From the NCBI GenBank assembly GCA_016700035.1, contig CP064998.1, positions 590,790 to 654,789 of the forward strand: a DNA stretch of 64,000 bases, read 5' to 3'. This DNA is from a bacterium (GTDB lineage Bacteria; Patescibacteriota; Saccharimonadia; CAILAD01; GCA-016700035). Below, one piece after another: positions 48,829-58,402 of the stretch. The notes under the pieces are model-generated. The model made no database searches and was not told where the DNA came from. It saw only the letters and a list, made by a program, of their open reading frames with translations. Position 1 is the first letter of the stretch. Every line of letters starts with the position of its first letter. A program made the position numbers and the translations under genes.

Positions 48829-48889
48829 TTTATTTTTTCTCGCTTATGCTTAAGATACTATCGTGCGGGTCAGCTCTTAGTCAAGCTAC

Positions 48890-48916
48890 AAAAAAAGCCC
48901 CTCTTTATAGGGGCCT
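48890..48916 (-). terminator. Rho-independent terminator downstream of rpmG
   Basis: gcccctctttataggggc flanked by A/T runs. Confidence 0.7.
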
Positions 48917-48931
48917 TGAGAAGCGGGAGGG

Positions 48932-49108
48932 CTATCCGCCGAGCTTAACTTTACTCTCAACGAATGTGGCAGTCTTGCGAATTTTAGGATCATACTTCTT
49001 CATCTCCAACTTATCTGGAGTATTGTGAGCACTTTTTCGAGTGTAATACAAAGATCCCGTTTCCGGGTTTTTCAATACTACAATTTGCCTTGCTTGCTTT
49101 TTTGCCAT
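48932..49108 (-). CDS. rpmG: 50S ribosomal protein L33 (not in the ORF track, 58 aa)
   Basis: MAKKQARQIVVLKNPETGSLYYTRKSAHNTPDKLEMKKYDPKIRKTATFVESKVKLGG translated by hand. Confidence 0.8.
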   Translation of the reverse strand: MAKKQARQIVVLKNPETGSLYYTRKSAHNTPDKLEMKKYDPKIRKTATFVESKVKLGG

Positions 49109-49145
49109 AACGATTACCTATTCTATCAGATAAATATCGCCCTGT

Positions 49146-49949
49146 CTAGATATCGAGCGTCAGACTTACCGGGCAGTGATCTGAGCCCATCACTTCTGGA
49201 TATATTTCGGCAGATTTAACTTTGTCTTTTAAAGAATTTGAAACTAGAAAATAATCTATCCGCCAACCAACATTGCGAGCTCTAGCACCACCAAAGTTAC
49301 TCCACCAAGTGTAGTAGCCATTTCCCTCATAAAACATCCTAAAAGTATCTACAAAACCGGTATCGATAAGATTTTGAAAACCCTCTCGCTCTTCTGGTGT
49401 AAAGCCAGCATTTTTAACATTATCTTTTGGTCGAGCCAGATCATCTTCGGTGTGAGCAGCGTTAAAATCACCACAAAACACCACTGGTTTTGTCTTTTCA
49501 AGCTCTACTACATATTCTAGAAATGCCCTATCCCAATGCTGATGCCGAAACTCCAAACGCGATAAATCTCGCTTAGAGTTTGGCGTGTAAACTGTTACTA
49601 AATAAAATTTGTCATACTCAGCGAGAGTGATACGCCCTTCATTCTCGGCATTACCATAACCATCGGTGAGCTGATATTTATTGGCAATATTTAACGGTAA
49701 GCCATTCATAATACTGAGGGCTGGCTGCTTAGAAAATATTGCTGTCCCCGAATAGCCAGGTCGCTCAGCCGAGTTCCAATACTCGGTGTAATCAGCTAAA
49801 TCTATTTCAGCCTGCCCCGGCTTAGCTTTGGTCTCTTGCAGACATAAGACATCTGGTTGATGTTTTTGTACAAATGGTAAAAACTCATCCTTGCGCAACA
49901 CGGCGCGAATACCATTGACATTCCAGGAGAATAACTTCACTTCTGACAT
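49146..49949 (-). CDS. xth: Exodeoxyribonuclease III (Xth/APE family)
   Basis: LFSWNVNGIRA, LCLQETK, GDFNAAHTEDD, SDHCPV motifs. Confidence 0.9.
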   Translation of the reverse strand: MSEVKLFSWNVNGIRAVLRKDEFLPFVQKHQPDVLCLQETKAKPGQAEIDLADYTEYWNSAERPGYSGTAIFSKQPALSIMNGLPLNIANKYQLTDGYGNAENEGRITLAEYDKFYLVTVYTPNSKRDLSRLEFRHQHWDRAFLEYVVELEKTKPVVFCGDFNAAHTEDDLARPKDNVKNAGFTPEEREGFQNLIDTGFVDTFRMFYEGNGYYTWWSNFGGARARNVGWRIDYFLVSNSLKDKVKSAEIYPEVMGSDHCPVSLTLDI

Positions 49950-50033
49950 ACTGAATTATTATAGCAAAATAAAAAGCCCTCAGGTTGCCCTGAAGGCATC
50001 AAGATGAATTATAGCTAACTGAAACCCAATAGA

Positions 50034-50249
50034 TTAACGAATACTAAGACCCATATCTAGCAAGTGAGTCTTTACCGCCACCGGGTCTGCGCTCTTGACG
50101 ACCACCCGACATTCACCGCGGTTAAGACCCTGCACAACAACCGAACCTGGACCAAAATGGCCCTTAAGTTTCGAACCCAATCCATACATCAGCTTATTTG
50201 GACCCCTCACCACGATGGCTGATCGTGCCTGACCACTAGGTTTTGTCAT
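50034..50249 (-). CDS. Hypothetical 71-aa protein (start at MTKPSG after a strong RBS)
   Basis: ccaggaggaaagATG; no family recognised. Confidence 0.5.
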   Translation of the reverse strand: MTKPSGQARSAIVVRGPNKLMYGLGSKLKGHFGPGSVVVQGLNRGECRVVVKSADPVAVKTHLLDMGLSIR

Positions 50250-50284
50250 CTTTCCTCCTGGTATATTCAAGGTGCGCGCAACAA

Positions 50285-50614
50285 AAAATCCGCCTAAGTT
50301 TTGGCGGATGGAACTGGTACTTTTAAAGTATTATCCAGAAATGCAGTAAGTACCCAAATCCACCCGCGCAGTGCGAAGGATAAGACCAAGATGGGTGGTG
50401 CTTACTAATTGCTTCATGACTTCATTTTAGCATGCCAACTGACTATCCGCAAAACATAAAGCCACTCCTGCCTAAGAAGATATTACTCTCCAGGCAGGAG
50501 CGGCCTTTTCGTTTTTCAAATAAATGGTGGATTATTCCCGCACCGACTTATTCAACCAAGCTGCTTAAGTTGATACTAAGCCGAGTGCTAGAGTCGGGCT
50601 CCCCCGTTTTGCTC
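50285..50614 (-). ncRNA. Unassigned structured noncoding region (about 330 nt) ending in a rho-independent terminator at 50285-50312. Either an ncRNA or a long structured 3' UTR.
   Basis: Strong hairpins: ctcctgcct...aggcaggag at 50466-50503, and gtaagtaccc..cacccg...cgggtgg..ggtgcttac at 50347-50406. Terminator tccgccaaaacttaggcgga+T6. No ORF with RBS. Confidence 0.35.
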
Positions 50615-50773
50615 TTAGCGGATCGTTTGTCTGCGTTTGAGCTGTAAGCTATTAAGCCGTTCGGCTTTCATAGCCCATTTTGTCGCCATCTCGTCCAACA
50701 GCTCATCGATGGTGCGCATGTCGCGTACGAGATTTTTTGGTGCTTTACGGAACCGACGTATTGGTTGCTTCAT
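50615..50773 (-). CDS. Small basic ORF (52 aa) with a strong RBS; not in the ORF track
   Basis: aggaggttctactATG; MKQPIRRFRKAPKNLVRDMRTIDELLDEMATKWAMKAERLNSLQLKRRQTIR. Confidence 0.4.
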   Translation of the reverse strand: MKQPIRRFRKAPKNLVRDMRTIDELLDEMATKWAMKAERLNSLQLKRRQTIR

Positions 50774-50865
50774 AGTAGAACCTCCTTTCGTCTTACCGTA
50801 GCCTTAGTATGGCACGATAGACTGAGAGGAAGCAGTGAAAAATCTCACAAATAAGTCTGAAATAT

Positions 50866-52026
50866 TTATTTTTTTGGCAGTCGCTTAAGTAAGACCAGAT
50901 AGCTAAAGCTCATAACAAAACAAATAATAAAAGTAACCTCTAGCCGACCAAAGATAAGTAGCACCAATAGTAATGCAACCCGGCCAATCGTTACGTAAAG
51001 TTCTCGAAATAGAAAATAATTCGACCAATCGGCAGCATTGCCCGCATCGGTATAAATTACTTTCTCATAAGCCACATCTAGAAGATGATAAGTGAAATTA
51101 GCATAAAAATTTGCAAGCGTAACACCAATTGGAGTCACCACAAATAGCCGAATCAGCCAGCTAGGTGCATGTGCCCAAACACCCCCCACTAGTCCCTGTC
51201 GCACACTCCCGTCCACTTTGCGACCATACCATAGCACACCGAAAATAGTAAAAGCCGTTGATATCGACACCAATGTCCCAACCTCCAGCACATTCTCTAA
51301 AATCATGTATATGAAAAGTGGCCAGAAAATATCATTACCCAACTGCAACACACCAAATCCAGCGTATGAGAGAGCTTTCCTTTTACTATCAGCCGTACGT
51401 AAATTCTTAATATTAAAACGATATGGTCTAGTTTTAAAATCTGGCGACATAAATAATGGCACTAAAGATAGAAGGATAGTTATTGCCGATACTATAAAAT
51501 TAAGCCGATACGACCCCAAGGTAATCAGAACTGCCCCAAGCAAAGGCGCCATTACCTGTGACAGTATGATTAGAACTTTACCTATTGAGATTTCCTCACC
51601 TTCGCGCTTACTATCTTTAGCGTGAGTAAATTCAATATGATAGGCCGACAGATAGAGTCCTGAGGCTAAACCATAGAGAATGGCTAGAAGAAAATATAGC
51701 TCTGGCTGTTGAGCTAGCAATATGACGGCTCCCAAATATGCAATTAGGAACAGATCGCCGATCACCATGGTCTTCTTAATACCAAAGCGTGAATTACACC
51801 ACATGCCAATCGGACTGACAATCATAAATATAACAAATTTAGCAATGTACAAAATTGCAACTTGGCGCAGACTATAGCCAAGCTGAAGTAAGTAGATCGG
51901 TACAAAAATCAAAATACTACCACGTGCTAAGCCCTTAGCAAATACTGAAAGATAAAACTGCGAAAGCTCTCGATTTTTTAAAAACCGTATGTACTCTGCT
52001 GTTGGTAAACCGTGCTGTGAAGGCAT
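50866..52026 (-). CDS. MFS-type transporter-like polytopic membrane protein
   Basis: About 12 predicted hydrophobic segments; 386 aa. Confidence 0.5.
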   Translation of the reverse strand: MPSQHGLPTAEYIRFLKNRELSQFYLSVFAKGLARGSILIFVPIYLLQLGYSLRQVAILYIAKFVIFMIVSPIGMWCNSRFGIKKTMVIGDLFLIAYLGAVILLAQQPELYFLLAILYGLASGLYLSAYHIEFTHAKDSKREGEEISIGKVLIILSQVMAPLLGAVLITLGSYRLNFIVSAITILLSLVPLFMSPDFKTRPYRFNIKNLRTADSKRKALSYAGFGVLQLGNDIFWPLFIYMILENVLEVGTLVSISTAFTIFGVLWYGRKVDGSVRQGLVGGVWAHAPSWLIRLFVVTPIGVTLANFYANFTYHLLDVAYEKVIYTDAGNAADWSNYFLFRELYVTIGRVALLLVLLIFGRLEVTFIICFVMSFSYLVLLKRLPKK

Positions 52027-52035
52027 CTAAAAAAG

Positions 52036-52446
52036 TTAATTAGGTAAAACTACTAAAATAATCCCCATACCCAACAGTGCCACTAAAGTATAGCTAGCGT
52101 TGATAGCTAATATCTTTTTCGAACTACCATCAAATAATGCGTGTATCAGTTGCGGCGCAAAGACAAAGCCGGTCCACAACCAAAATGCTGAAATTGCTCC
52201 TTCAAGCCAAGTATCAGCAAAAGTGTATTGTACGAAGTGCGCTAAAACATAACTCACCAAAAGCCATAAAAGGCCAGTTAATAAATAGGATGTTCCGGCA
52301 TTATTTTGTAAATCTGAGGCTTTTTTACCCATCAACTTCATCCATTGCTTACCAAAAAGTAGCTCCGAATACCAAATTGCTCCAACCACCATACCAAAGG
52401 CTGTGGCAGCAATCACACCCCAAAGATTAATTTGTACTGTCGGCAT
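52036..52446 (-). CDS. DUF1761-like membrane protein
   Basis: Four hydrophobic segments. Composition typical of the family; weak assignment. Confidence 0.4.
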   Translation of the reverse strand: MPTVQINLWGVIAATAFGMVVGAIWYSELLFGKQWMKLMGKKASDLQNNAGTSYLLTGLLWLLVSYVLAHFVQYTFADTWLEGAISAFWLWTGFVFAPQLIHALFDGSSKKILAINASYTLVALLGMGIILVVLPN

Positions 52447-52522
52447 CTCGCCCTCCTCGTTTATTCTATATCTACGAAAGCTTGAGCGCTATTATGCGCT
52501 AGAACTACTGCTTGGTGCAAGG

Positions 52523-52777
52523 TTAATTAGCCTGAACCAACCGAAAACGCGGACAGATAACGCCGTTCACTTCTACCGAAGCAGTAAAGTCATCCGCCGG
52601 CCTGAGCCAAGGCGTAGTTATTTGGCTCGACTGATACAGTGGTACATATACAACATGTGGCTCAAGTGTGGCCTCCAACATAGCCGTCATTAAAACCAAA
52701 TAGCGCTTCCCTTTATAGTGTTCATACACGCCAGGCTTTAGTTTAGGGCTAGGCGGTAAGTTTGGTGAGCCTGTCAT
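52523..52777 (-). CDS. DUF1653-like small protein
   Basis: GVYEHYKGKRY motif. Confidence 0.45.
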   Translation of the reverse strand: MTGSPNLPPSPKLKPGVYEHYKGKRYLVLMTAMLEATLEPHVVYVPLYQSSQITTPWLRPADDFTASVEVNGVICPRFRLVQAN

Positions 52778-54005
52778 AATCTTCTAGTTTAATCTGATGT
52801 TCTGAGAACTTATCACTACGACTCTTAACTTCAGCTTCATTTGTCGCAAGTGTCTTATCGGAAACTACAAGCCGAATTGGACAGCCCAATAGCTCCGCAT
52901 CAGCAAACTTAGCCCCAGCTGAAACATCCATTCGATCATCAAATAAGACTGCATCTTCGCCTAAAGACTTGTAGAGTTTTTGTGCGGCTACTACAGCGTC
53001 TTCACTGCCAAGTACAACTAGATAATAGCGAAATGGCGCTACCTCAGCCGGCCAAATCAAGCCTTTTTCATCCGAAAAGTGTTCTGCAAGCGCTCCAACT
53101 AAACGACTGACGCCAATGCCATAACAGCCAGCTATGAGTTTTTGTTGCTTACCACCTGCATCGGTGTAGAAAACACCCAGGGCATCGGTATACTTACTTT
53201 CCAGAGGGAAAATATTACCCACTTCAATTGCTCGGCGCTCTACCAACTTATCTTTATCAATATCAGTGTCGGCGAGGCGAGCATCGTCAATTACTTCTTT
53301 ATTAACAGCAATTTTGCGAGCTTCATCAATGTAGATCGTATCCTCACCGATATCGCTAAGCATCTGGAACTCATCACTAAAACGCGGAGTAAAGATACCA
53401 CCATCAGCATAGGTTCGATAGGTAATATCGCCTATCCCCAGTCGCTCATACACGCTAATGTAGGCTTCGGCAACCCTCTCGTATATCGCAGCATGCTCTT
53501 CTTGATTGCGCGCAAAGCTATACATATCTTTCATCATAAACTCGCGACCACGTAGTAAGCCGGCCTGTGCCCGCAATTCATTTCTAAACTTAGTCTGGAT
53601 TTGATAAACCAAAACTGGTAAATCCCTATACGAATTGATGTAGCTCGACAACATATCTACGATTGGCTCTTCGTGCGTGAGGCCCATCCCAAGCTCCGTA
53701 CCATTTACTAGCTTGGTCTTAAACCAATTATCTACCTTATCATCACTCCACCGGTCAGTTTTTTCAAATAATTCACGCGGTTGCAAAACCGTCATTTGAA
53801 CTTCTTGGCCACCAACAGCATTCATCTCTTCACGTACCACCCGCTTAATGTTTTCCAATACACGCAACCCCAGTGGAAGAAATGTATACACCCCCGCCAT
53901 CTCTTTATGAATATAGCCAGCCTGAATAAGTAATTGGGCATTTTTTGCCGTCTCATCAGCCGGTAGGTTTTTACTGGTTTTAGTAAATAGTTGTGATACT
54001 CGCAT
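52749..54005 (-). CDS. proS: Prolyl-tRNA synthetase (short class II form)
   Basis: Class II core with YTFLPLG, motif 2/3 regions and an anticodon-binding domain; 418 aa. Confidence 0.75.
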   Translation of the reverse strand: MRVSQLFTKTSKNLPADETAKNAQLLIQAGYIHKEMAGVYTFLPLGLRVLENIKRVVREEMNAVGGQEVQMTVLQPRELFEKTDRWSDDKVDNWFKTKLVNGTELGMGLTHEEPIVDMLSSYINSYRDLPVLVYQIQTKFRNELRAQAGLLRGREFMMKDMYSFARNQEEHAAIYERVAEAYISVYERLGIGDITYRTYADGGIFTPRFSDEFQMLSDIGEDTIYIDEARKIAVNKEVIDDARLADTDIDKDKLVERRAIEVGNIFPLESKYTDALGVFYTDAGGKQQKLIAGCYGIGVSRLVGALAEHFSDEKGLIWPAEVAPFRYYLVVLGSEDAVVAAQKLYKSLGEDAVLFDDRMDVSAGAKFADAELLGCPIRLVVSDKTLATNEAEVKSRSDKFSEHQIKLEDYDRLTKLTA

Positions 54006-54043
54006 ATTTTCCTCTTTACTGCATTGTATCAGATGATTAGCAG

Positions 54044-55075
54044 TTATTTATCATCTACAAGATCTTTTAAAGATACCCCTTTAAGTATGGTCCGTACTTG
54101 CGCAATTGATACACACTCCATTAGCCGCGCCCTTAAGTGGGCGGCCCCGTCAAAACCCTGGATATAAATCTTAAAAAACCGCTTTAGAGGATCAAACCGC
54201 TTCTCATTTTCCTGCCAAGTTTCCTCAAAAATATCAAGGTGACGAGTTAGGGCAGATAATTGTTCCGCTACGCTATGTATGCGCTCATCCCGCTCAAATG
54301 CCCAAGGATCATGAAAAATCCCCCGACCAATCATCATCCCATCCAAGCCAGTTTCTGAAATTCGCACTTCTGCCATTTGGCGATTTAGCACGTCACCATT
54401 ACCTACCAGCACCAGATCTGGTGCCAATTCATCACGTAAAGCCACAATCTCTTCTGCTAGCTCCCAATGGGCATCGACTTTACTCATTTCTTTAACGGTT
54501 CGTAAATGCACCGTTAAAGCACTAATATCTTGCTGCATCAAAAAGCCCAGCCACCCTCTTGCGTCTGGTTTAGTCCAGCCTAATCGAGTTTTTACGCTCA
54601 CCGGTAAATTCCCCGCCCCTTCTTTAGTGGCAGAAATTATCTCGGCAGCTAATTCAGTAGTATTAATTAGCGCCGAACAACCACCATTCTTAATAATATC
54701 GCGTACCGGACAACCCATATTGATATCAATTCCAGCAAACCCACGCCCCGCTAGCTCGCTCGCCATATCCTTAAAATAGGCTGGTGTTGTGCCCCAAATT
54801 TGAGCAATTACCGGACCTTCAGCTTGGTGCAAGTGCAGACGTCGTTCAATTGCTTGACGTCCCGGTGAACAAAACCCTTCCACACTGGCAAACTCCGTAA
54901 AATATAGATCGGCCGGCGCAAGTTCGTGTACTAACCGACGAAATACTACATCCGTCACATCATCCATCGGTGCCAAGGCGGCAAATGGTTGCGAGCGCAG
55001 AGAATTCCAAATATTTTCTTGACTATCCATAACCAAAATATAACCGTACGAGTTTACCAAAAACCAACTCCTCAA
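54044..55075 (-). CDS. dus: tRNA-dihydrouridine synthase
   Basis: LAPMDDVTDVVFR, GIDINMGCP, TVHLRT motifs. Confidence 0.85.
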   Translation of the reverse strand: MRSWFLVNSYGYILVMDSQENIWNSLRSQPFAALAPMDDVTDVVFRRLVHELAPADLYFTEFASVEGFCSPGRQAIERRLHLHQAEGPVIAQIWGTTPAYFKDMASELAGRGFAGIDINMGCPVRDIIKNGGCSALINTTELAAEIISATKEGAGNLPVSVKTRLGWTKPDARGWLGFLMQQDISALTVHLRTVKEMSKVDAHWELAEEIVALRDELAPDLVLVGNGDVLNRQMAEVRISETGLDGMMIGRGIFHDPWAFERDERIHSVAEQLSALTRHLDIFEETWQENEKRFDPLKRFFKIYIQGFDGAAHLRARLMECVSIAQVRTILKGVSLKDLVDDK

Positions 55076-55167
55076 ATCAAGAGAGGCTCACGCTTATGCT
55101 TGACTTAACCGAGAAATCAGGTTAACTTACACGAGTAGAAGTATTTAAATAAATTAAGGAGTTCCTT

Positions 55168-55737
55168 ATGGATTCAGCCGTAATGGAAATGGAATCTGTT
55201 CAGAATACATCTTGGTGGATTCTCATTCTAAGAGGCATTCTTGCAATCTTGTTCGGTATGGCAATGTTGCTTTGGCCAGGCATTACACTATTAACAGCAG
55301 CTGTTGTGTTTGCGCTATTTATTTTGGTATCGGGTATTGTTGATATTGTTTCTTCAATCATGCAGATCCGCAAAAATAGCTCATGGTGGCTAACCCTACT
55401 GTTGGGTATTGTCCAGGTGGCTGCCGGTGCATACATCGCTCAGCGACCAGGCATTACGCTAGCCGTACTGATACTGGTTATCGGTTTTGTATTAATCGTA
55501 CGTGGCCTGTTTGAGTTCATCGCAGCTTTCGACTTTCAGGGTTCGATGCGCGCCCTATTGATTGTAGTCGGTATCATTACTGCCCTAGCCGGAGTTTTTG
55601 TACTGCGACACCCACAAACTGGCGGTATCGCCTTTGCCTGGCTCTTGGGAATTTACGGCCTAATTGCAGGGCCAGTAGCGATTGCCCTAGGCATTCAAGC
55701 TAAGCAGTACCAAGATAAGCTTAAAGCTAAAAATTAA
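55168..55737 (+). CDS. HdeD-family (DUF308) acid-resistance membrane protein
   Basis: WWILILRGILAILFG repeated 6-TM architecture. Confidence 0.7.
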   Translation: MDSAVMEMESVQNTSWWILILRGILAILFGMAMLLWPGITLLTAAVVFALFILVSGIVDIVSSIMQIRKNSSWWLTLLLGIVQVAAGAYIAQRPGITLAVLILVIGFVLIVRGLFEFIAAFDFQGSMRALLIVVGIITALAGVFVLRHPQTGGIAFAWLLGIYGLIAGPVAIALGIQAKQYQDKLKAKN

Positions 55738-55772
55738 AATAGAGTTTAGGCTCTAAACATATTTACCAAATG

Positions 55773-55796
55773 CCCGAGTTAGCGCTCGGGTTTTTG
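55773..55796 (+). terminator. Rho-independent terminator
   Basis: cccgag...ctcggg followed by ttttt. Confidence 0.7.
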
Positions 55797-55804
55797 GTAA
55801 ATAA

Positions 55805-55838
55805 AAACGCAACCCCTAAGCTTAAGGGGTTGCATAAC
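55805..55838 (-). terminator. Rho-independent terminator for the minus-strand gene ending at 55844
   Basis: gcaacccctaagcttaaggggttgc followed by a T-run on the minus strand. Confidence 0.65.
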
Positions 55839-55843
55839 AAATT

Positions 55844-56832
55844 TTACGAACGATAGTATCGCCGACCATACTTGCCCAGGGCGCGCTGATATAGGCTGGG
55901 GTTACGATGATAGATGTGTTCCACCAGAGACTGGCGATAACACTGCAAGGCAATCACCTCCATCACCGCATGACAGTCCTCCGCCGAGGTAATCCACTTT
56001 GGCTCCAGCACGGTACAAGCTGGCTTTTCACTGCCGTCAAGCGTAACTGCCACTGGTAAAACCCAGCTACCCAGCATCAGCGAAATCGTACCATCCATCA
56101 GAGGCTGCATATGAGTTGCATCCGAGAAAATTCGATCCTCAGAGGCGCTCGGCGCCATCGCAATCATCTGCCCGCCAACAGCTCGAATTTCATCCAGCTC
56201 TAGTCGCACCAACTCATTTGTGGCACTCACCAGGTCTGGATCGAACTTTACATGCTTCCGGGTTGGTGTGGTTGGAAAACTAGTCAACACTCGCGTGAAC
56301 ATCTGCAGAATATCAATTGCCGGCAGTGCTACTGACTGTCCTGATAGGTCCAGGTTAACTTCAAGGGTCCGTATACCACCACTCACAATCGTTGAGGTTT
56401 GTTGAGTGAAAATCTCTGGCGACAAGCGAGAATCAGCGTAATCCGCAACCCGCCTAAAACCAAGGCAATATCAAAAATCTTGCCATGATTGGTGATGAGG
56501 GTAAAATTACGTCCATACTGACTCATCTCACCAGCAATAAACGCCAACAAGTCGGGATGATCCTGCCAGGCTTGCAGAATAACCCCAAAACCCGTATGAA
56601 CAGCTGGTCCAAACGGCTGAATTGTAGCATTTGCGCTGGTGGGGTGGGTGGGTTCTAGGACAGCTACCGTTGGATTATGATAGGGCTTTGCCGAATCATA
56701 ATCCATCACCCGAAAAAGCCCATTTTTGGCGTGCCTATCAACTAGCGTACAGAGCAGGTCATACACTTCCTGGGGCTGATATCGGCCCAGAACATATTCT
56801 AACTCAGCTCGACTCCGTCTTTCGGTCGTCAC
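55844..56832 (-). pseudogene. GC-elevated (about 53%) gene of unknown function split by a frameshift into the ORFs 56383..56832 and 55844..56425
   Basis: Two overlapping same-strand ORFs in different frames. Composition differs from flanking DNA. Confidence 0.45.
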
Positions 56833-56946
56833 TTTCGATGCCTTTCACTCGTCCATCTCGTGAAGGTGCTATCTCAAGTTGACATTATCTCCTATAACTT
56901 ACCAATAGTAAAACCTTAGATCTTTCCAAAAAGATCAAAAAACTAT

Positions 56947-58344
56947 CTAATATCCACGGAGAGGTAGCGGATAGCGTCCATCACCTAACTGATAACTACA
57001 ATCCTGCTGTGCTACATAGCAACGATTTACAATTGTCTGAAAAGCTGATGGATCCCAAGCAAATACATAGTCGGCGTGTCCTGAATATCCCCCAGGTCCG
57101 TTGGTATAATTATCACTTGAAAGGCGCCAATTACGTGTGTCCGTACCACTTGGCACGCGCCAACGCACAAACATCTTGAGATTTGGTAGCGACTCTGGAT
57201 GCGACGGGGGGCAACCAGCATTATCACTGATCGGAGTAATACTGGCAGAGGTGTTTTGCCAATTACCATATTCAACATGCGAACGTCCATTAGTAGAGCG
57301 TAAGTTTACACCATCCCAACATTGCGGAAACTCGATAGTCATCACTAATACCTCACCAGAAGTGCAGTTTGGAATACCTAGCCCCTCACTCTGGCGTTCT
57401 CTGTCGGTGGCAACGGAACTCTCACAATAATAATGAACTGGATACGACCCATTTCGTACAGGCTGAGGTGAACTTGTGGCAGTAGCTGGATTACCAGCGA
57501 TCATCTGGAGACCAAGTGGAAAAGGCTTAATACTACGATAGCCAACACCTTGATAGCCAACTTTATAGTAGAGCTCTAAATCACTGTTATACAATCCTCT
57601 ATCGTCATTTGGCGCAATTGGCCTACCGGTCGCCGTATCAACCATAGATGGAATCCAGTAAGCCGATCTATTGAACGTACCACCAGCACAAGTGGAACTA
57701 CCGCTACTGAGTAAGCTTGCCGAGGTTGAGGAATAGTTTGTGTCACTATTACCAAAATATGTATGCAAATGAGCCTTGTTTGGTTGACCTGGATACAATA
57801 GAGGATCGTCATTATTCATATGCGAATAATCACAGCGTGTACGAAATGCACCTGGCTCACCATCATTAATACCATCATCCCACAAGGTCGGTGGCGTCAA
57901 CCTAATGGGGGTTACATTATTAATTCTAACTTGCGCTATACCTGGCTTTGGTACGGGTATTAAAGACTCATTAATGCATGGCCCCATTGCAGACATTGAG
58001 CCTATGCCAGGAGTACAGTTCATCGTGTGATCAGTTGGCATCTCAGAGCATCCAAACTTTATATATTTACCGTCTGAAGCTGTTGGGTCATTGGCAGTCT
58101 CTACACAACCATTCATATTTCCAGTTGCTCTCTGCTCACTCTTAGACCAGCTTTCCGGCTCGGTTTGTGAGGGACTGGCAGCAAAGGCAAAAAATGCTAC
58201 AAAAATACCCAGTAATACAACCAATATACCAGCAATCATAAGTTGCCTTTTAGAAAACCTACTGAATGATAGTGCCGATCCGCCTGTTCTAGATTTTGTA
58301 GCCTTCTTCTTTACCTTCACACGACTTCTGTTGCTAGCTGCCAT
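56947..58344 (-). CDS. Secreted/anchored Cys-rich protein, possibly DUF1996-like
   Basis: N-terminal TM; PGQPNKAHLHTYFGN resembles the DUF1996 H-x-H-x-F-G motif. Weak assignment. Confidence 0.45.
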   Translation of the reverse strand: MAASNRSRVKVKKKATKSRTGGSALSFSRFSKRQLMIAGILVVLLGIFVAFFAFAASPSQTEPESWSKSEQRATGNMNGCVETANDPTASDGKYIKFGCSEMPTDHTMNCTPGIGSMSAMGPCINESLIPVPKPGIAQVRINNVTPIRLTPPTLWDDGINDGEPGAFRTRCDYSHMNNDDPLLYPGQPNKAHLHTYFGNSDTNYSSTSASLLSSGSSTCAGGTFNRSAYWIPSMVDTATGRPIAPNDDRGLYNSDLELYYKVGYQGVGYRSIKPFPLGLQMIAGNPATATSSPQPVRNGSYPVHYYCESSVATDRERQSEGLGIPNCTSGEVLVMTIEFPQCWDGVNLRSTNGRSHVEYGNWQNTSASITPISDNAGCPPSHPESLPNLKMFVRWRVPSGTDTRNWRLSSDNYTNGPGGYSGHADYVFAWDPSAFQTIVNRCYVAQQDCSYQLGDGRYPLPLRGY

Positions 58345-58402
58345 ATACTGCCTTCCTTAAGTTATCTAATTTGCAAAAAATAATCATACTATTCATTAGC
58401 AC

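Noticed and set aside
50285-50650. RNase P RNA, tmRNA or SRP RNA at the structured noncoding region
   Set aside because: Only partial, off-position resemblances (AGTCGGGCTCC on the plus strand, cggcttag on the minus). No P4/CR-I, T-arm or SRP domain IV consensus could be assembled. Left as unassigned.
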